Shown in pieces: positions 5,652 through 9,234 of a stretch of DNA of 9,234 nucleotides. Under the pieces are notes generated by a model that had not been told where the DNA came from, ran no database searches, and worked only from the letters and a program-made list of their open reading frames with translations. The position numbers and the translations under genes are program-made. How positions within the stretch are numbered: position 1 is the first letter of the stretch; each line of letters begins with the position of its first letter. This stretch comes from a virus (taxonomy: Duplodnaviria > Heunggongvirae > Uroviricota > Caudoviricetes): positions 1-9,234 of IMG/VR virus record IMGVR_UViG_2534681773_000016. One strand, given 5' to 3'.

Positions 5652-6161
5652 GTGGCTACGCAGACTGAAGTTGCCAGGCATTTGAGTCTGACCGATCGCC
5701 AGCTTCGCAGATTGCAGAAATTACCGGGTGCCCCGGTCTCGAATAAGCGAGGGCAACTGGATCTGGATGCCTGGCGCGATTTTTACATATCGTATCTGAG
5801 AAGAAGTAAAAACGATGTGCCTGATGGCGATAGCGAAGAAGACTATGAAGAGAAATTGCTTATTGCCAGATGGGAACTGACAGCAGAACAGGCTGTTACA
5901 CAGCAGTTAAAAAATGAGGTGTCAAAAGGAAAACTGATTGACACCGGGTTCTGTATTTTTGCCCTCAGTAAGCTGGCAATGGCGTTATCCAGTACGCTTG
6001 ATTCCATCCCTTTATCCATGCAGCGACAGTTTCCTGATTTAACACCGCGCCATCTTGACCATCTGAAAACCCTTATTGCTAAGGGGGCAAATCAGTGTGC
6101 GCGGGCAGGGGATAAATTACCGGATTTACTTGATGAATATATCAGAGCAACAACTGAATAA
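5652..6161 (+). CDS. Terminase small subunit (lambda gpNu1 family)
   Basis: 169 aa from GTG start with GAGGTGAGGA SD. C-terminal two thirds align to lambda Nu1 from memory (TGFCIFALSKLAMALSSTLDSIPLSMQRQFPDLTPRHLDHLK vs TAFCTFVLSRIAGEIASILDGLPLSVQRRFPELENRHVDFLK). The N-terminal HTH region is divergent. Confidence 0.9.
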   Translation: MATQTEVARHLSLTDRQLRRLQKLPGAPVSNKRGQLDLDAWRDFYISYLRRSKNDVPDGDSEEDYEEKLLIARWELTAEQAVTQQLKNEVSKGKLIDTGFCIFALSKLAMALSSTLDSIPLSMQRQFPDLTPRHLDHLKTLIAKGANQCARAGDKLPDLLDEYIRATTE

Positions 6162-8060
6162 TATGATGAGCGCTGTCACAACTGCATTACAGCCCCTGAT
6201 AAGGGCATTGCCGGTGACGCCAGTTGAATGGGCTGATCAAAATTATTATCTGCCTAAAGAATCTTCATATGGTGAGGGCGAATGGAAAACGCTGCCATTC
6301 CAGATCGCCATCATGAACAGCATGGGGAATGATCAGATCCGCACTGTTAATCTGATTAAATCTGCCCGTGTTGGCTATACAAAGATGTTGCTGGGGGTGG
6401 TCGGGTATTTTATTGAGCATAAATCCCGAAACAGTCTGCTTTTTCAGCCCACGGATTCTGCCGCTGAAGATTTTATGAAGTCTCACGTGGAGGCGACGAT
6501 TCGGAACGTGCCATGCCTGAAAGACCTTTCCCCATGGCTGGGTCGTAAACATCGTGACAATACTCTCACGCTGAAACGCTTTTCATCGGGCGTCGGTTTC
6601 TGGTGCCTGGGCGGCGCTGCCGCCAAAAACTACCGTGAAAAATCCGTGGACGTGGTCTGTTATGACGAGCTTTCCTCGTTCGAACCGGATGTTGAAAAAG
6701 AGGGTTCGCCAACCCTGCTGGGGGATAAACGTATTGAGGGCTCTGTATGGCCAAAATCCATTCGCGGCTCGACGCCTAAAATCAAAGGCTCCTGCCAGAT
6801 CGAAAAAGCCGCTAACGAGTCGGCACACTTCATGCGTTTTTATGTGCCCTGTCCGCACTGTGGGGAGGAGCAGTATCTGAAATTTGGCGATGATGCCTCG
6901 CCTTTCGGTCTTAAGTGGGAGAAGAATAAGCCAGAAAGTGTTTTCTACCTTTGTGAGCATCATGGCTGTGTGATCCATCAGTCTGAGCTTGACCAGAGTA
7001 ACGGGCGGTGGATCTGTGAAAACACGGGCATGTGGACCCGTGACGGCCTGATGTTTTTCAGCGCCCGGGGTGATGAAATTCCGCCGCCGCGCTCCATCAC
7101 TTTCCATATCTGGACGGCGTACAGTCCGTTCACCACCTGGGTACAGATTGTCTATGACTGGCTGGATGCACTGAAAGATCCCAACGGCCTGAAAACCTTT
7201 GTGAACACCACGCTGGGCGAGACCTGGGAAGAGGCCGTGGGCGAAAAACTCGATCACCAGGTGCTGATGGATAAGGTTGTGCGTTACACGGCGGCGGTGC
7301 CTGCCCGGGTGGTTTATCTGACGGCGGGCATTGACTCGCAGCGAAACCGTTTTGAGATGTATGTCTGGGGATGGGCTCCGGGAGAGGAAGCCTTTCTGGT
7401 GGATAAAATCATCATTATGGGGCGTCCCGATGAGGAAGAGACGCTGTTACGTGTGGATGCGGCGATCAACAAAAAATACCGCCATGCAGACGGAACCGAA
7501 ATGACCATTTCCCGTGTCTGCTGGGACATCGGGGGGATCGATGGCGAAATCGTTATCAGAGGTCAAAAAAACACGGTGTTTTCCGGGTGCTGCCGGTAAA
7601 AGGCGCATCTGTCTATGGCAAGCCGGTGATCACCATGCCAAAAACCCGCAATCAGCGGGGCGTGTATCTGTGTGAAGTGGGGACGGACACCGCAAAAGAA
7701 ATTCTCTATGCCCGTATGAAAGCCGATCCCACGCCTGTGGATGAAGCCACGTCGTATGCCATCCGTTTTCCTGATGATCCGGAGATTTTTTCGCAGACAG
7801 AGGCGCAGCAACTGGTCGCGGAAGAGCTTGTGGAGAAGTGGGAAAAAGGAAAGATGCGTCTGCTGTGGGATAACAAAAAGCGGCGTAACGAAGCGCTGGA
7901 CTGCCTGGTGTATGCCTACGCGGCATTACGTGTGTCCGTGCAACGCTGGCAGCTTGATCTGGCTGTACTGGCAAAATCCCGGGAAGAAGAGACGACCCGG
8001 CCAACCCTGAAAGAACTGGCAGCGAAGCTGTCCGGAGGAGTGAATGGTTACAGTCGCTGA
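6133..8060 (+). pseudogene. Terminase large subunit (lambda gpA family) interrupted by a 1-nt frameshift (frame 1 to frame 3) near 7555-7572
   Basis: Frame 1 from ATG 6133 (MNISEQQ..., overlapping the Nu1 end as in lambda) carries Walker A KSARVGYTK and aligns to gpA up to ...CWDIGGIDGEIVI, then hits TAA at 7597-7599. Homology continues in frame 3 (RSKKHGVFRVLPVKGASVYGKPV ... to TGA 8058-8060). Combined length is about 642 aa versus 641 for lambda gpA. The true start is ATG 6133, not the ORF-track start at 6076. Confidence 0.75.
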
Positions 8061-8250
8061 ACTGCAGGCGCTGCGTCAGGCGCGCCTTGATTTATTAACC
8101 GGTAAACGGGTGGTGTCTGACCAGAAAGATGGTCGCAGAATTGAATATACGGCGGCTTCTCTGGATGAGCTTAACCGGGCGATCAATGATGCGGAGTCGG
8201 TACTGGGGACAACCCGGTGTCGCCGTCGTCCGCTGGGAGTGAGATTATGA
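8044..8250 (+). CDS. W: Head-tail joining / head completion protein, lambda gpW family
   Basis: 68 aa. LTGKRVVSDQKDGRRIEYTAASLDEL matches lambda gpW [26 protein letters not shown]. Start overlaps the end of the terminase frame-3 segment. Confidence 0.85.
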   Translation: MVTVAELQALRQARLDLLTGKRVVSDQKDGRRIEYTAASLDELNRAINDAESVLGTTRCRRRPLGVRL

Positions 8251-9234
8251 AACGAACGCCTGTCCTGATTGATGTGAACGGCGTTCCGCTTCGTGAGAGT
8301 CTCAGCTACAACGGGGGCGGTGCAGGATTTGGCGGGCAAATGGCTGAGTGGTTGCCACCGGCGCAGAGTGTCGATGCGGCCCTGCTGCCCGCGTTGCGTC
8401 TGGGGAATGCCCGGGCAGATGATCTGGTGCGCAATAACGGAATAGCGGCTAATGCGGTGGCCCTGCATAAGGATCACATTGTCGGGCATATGTTTCTGAT
8501 CAGCTACCGTCCGAACTGGCGCTGGCTGGGGATGCGGGAGACCGCAGCAAAAAGCTTTGTCGATGAGGTGGAGGCGGCCTGGTCGGAATACGCCGAAGGG
8601 ATGTCTGGCGAGATCGACGTGGAAGGAAAACGCACGTTCACGGAATTTATCCGTGAAGGTGTGGGCGTTCATGCGTTTAACGGCGAAATCTTTGTGCAGC
8701 CGGTCTGGGATACGGAAGCCACGCAGTTATTCCGTACGCGTTTTAAAGCCGTGAGTCCGAAACGGGTGGACACGCCTGGACACGGTATGGGGAACCGTTT
8801 TCTGCGGGCCGGTGTGGAGGTCGATCGATATGGCCGTGCCGTCGCGTACCATATCTGTGAGGATGATTTTCCGCGCTCCGGGAGTGGACGATGGGAACGG
8901 ATCCCGCGTGAACTTCCCACCGGGCGTCCGGCCATGCTGCATATTTTCGAGCCGGTGGAGGACGGGCAGACCCGTGGGGCTAATCAGTTTTACAGCGTCA
9001 TGGAACGGCTGAAGATGCTCGATTCCCTGCAGGCAACACAGCTTCAGTCGGCCATAGTGAAAGCCATGTATGCAGCGACGATTGAAAGTGAACTTGATAC
9101 CGAAAAGGCCTTTGAATATATCGCCGGCGCGCCACAGGAGCAGAAGGATAATCCGCTTATTAATATTCTGGAGAAGTTCTCCAGCTGGTATGACACGAAT
9201 AACGTGACACTGGCGGTGTCAAAATTCCGCACCT
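8247..9234 (+). CDS. B: Portal protein, lambda gpB family; 3' end lies beyond the window
   Basis: Frame 3 is open from ATG 8247 (ATGA overlap with the W stop; GGAG SD) to the window end. Absent from the ORF track because no stop occurs in the window. Translation MKRTPVLIDVNGVPLRESLSYNGGGAGFGGQ ... HIFEPVEDGQTRGANQFYSVMERLKMLDSLQATQLQSAIVKAMYAATIESELDT aligns closely with lambda gpB. Confidence 0.9.
   Translation, partial: MKRTPVLIDVNGVPLRESLSYNGGGAGFGGQMAEWLPPAQSVDAALLPALRLGNARADDLVRNNGIAANAVALHKDHIVGHMFLISYRPNWRWLGMRETAAKSFVDEVEAAWSEYAEGMSGEIDVEGKRTFTEFIREGVGVHAFNGEIFVQPVWDTEATQLFRTRFKAVSPKRVDTPGHGMGNRFLRAGVEVDRYGRAVAYHICEDDFPRSGSGRWERIPRELPTGRPAMLHIFEPVEDGQTRGANQFYSVMERLKMLDSLQATQLQSAIVKAMYAATIESELDTEKAFEYIAGAPQEQKDNPLINILEKFSSWYDTNNVTLAVSKFRT

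Noticed and set aside
6076-6132. ORF-track start at 6076 for the large terminase
   Set aside because: It lies inside the Nu1 coding region. The homologous gpA N-terminus (MNIS...) begins at ATG 6133, overlapping the Nu1 end as in lambda.
6583-7257. 224-aa minus-strand ORF (and other minus-strand ORFs at 6265-6552, 7314-7529, 7563-7811, 7630-8004, 8076-8672, 8669-8935, 8727-8942, 9044-9232)
   Set aside because: All lie antisense inside strongly supported terminase, gpW or portal coding sequence. Their translations are Arg/Pro/Gly-rich with no start context, typical of shadow ORFs opposite GC-rich genes.
1-9234. Scan for tRNA genes, CRISPR repeats, IS elements, integrase or att sites, and stx genes
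   Set aside because: None found: no T-loop/cloverleaf candidates in the intergenic segments, no regularly spaced direct repeats apart from the cosB 9-mers, no transposase or integrase-like ORFs, and no stx-like ORF in the window.

Overview
The window lies entirely inside the late region of a lambdoid (lambda / phage 21 / Stx-phage-like) prophage from an E. coli-like enterobacterium. All convincing genes are on the + strand. In order: a 5'-truncated NanS-p-type sialate O-acetylesterase; a phage-21-type lysis cassette (dual-start pinholin, YdfR-like small ORF, SAR endolysin, a small single-TMD ORF, Rz with embedded Rz1); a ~1.2 kb lower-GC moron cassette of three small proteins I cannot assign to any family; a cos site whose cosN 12-mer matches lambda; a Nu1-like small terminase; a large terminase split by a 1-nt frameshift; gpW; and a 3'-truncated portal gene. 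Four hairpin + T-run terminators punctuate the operon. The best candidate for an undescribed system is the three-gene moron cassette at 4099-5244, followed by the small membrane ORF inside the lysis cassette. No tRNA, rRNA, CRISPR array, IS element, integrase or stx gene was seen. All homology statements are from reading translations and from memory of lambda and phage 21 sequences; no database search was run.
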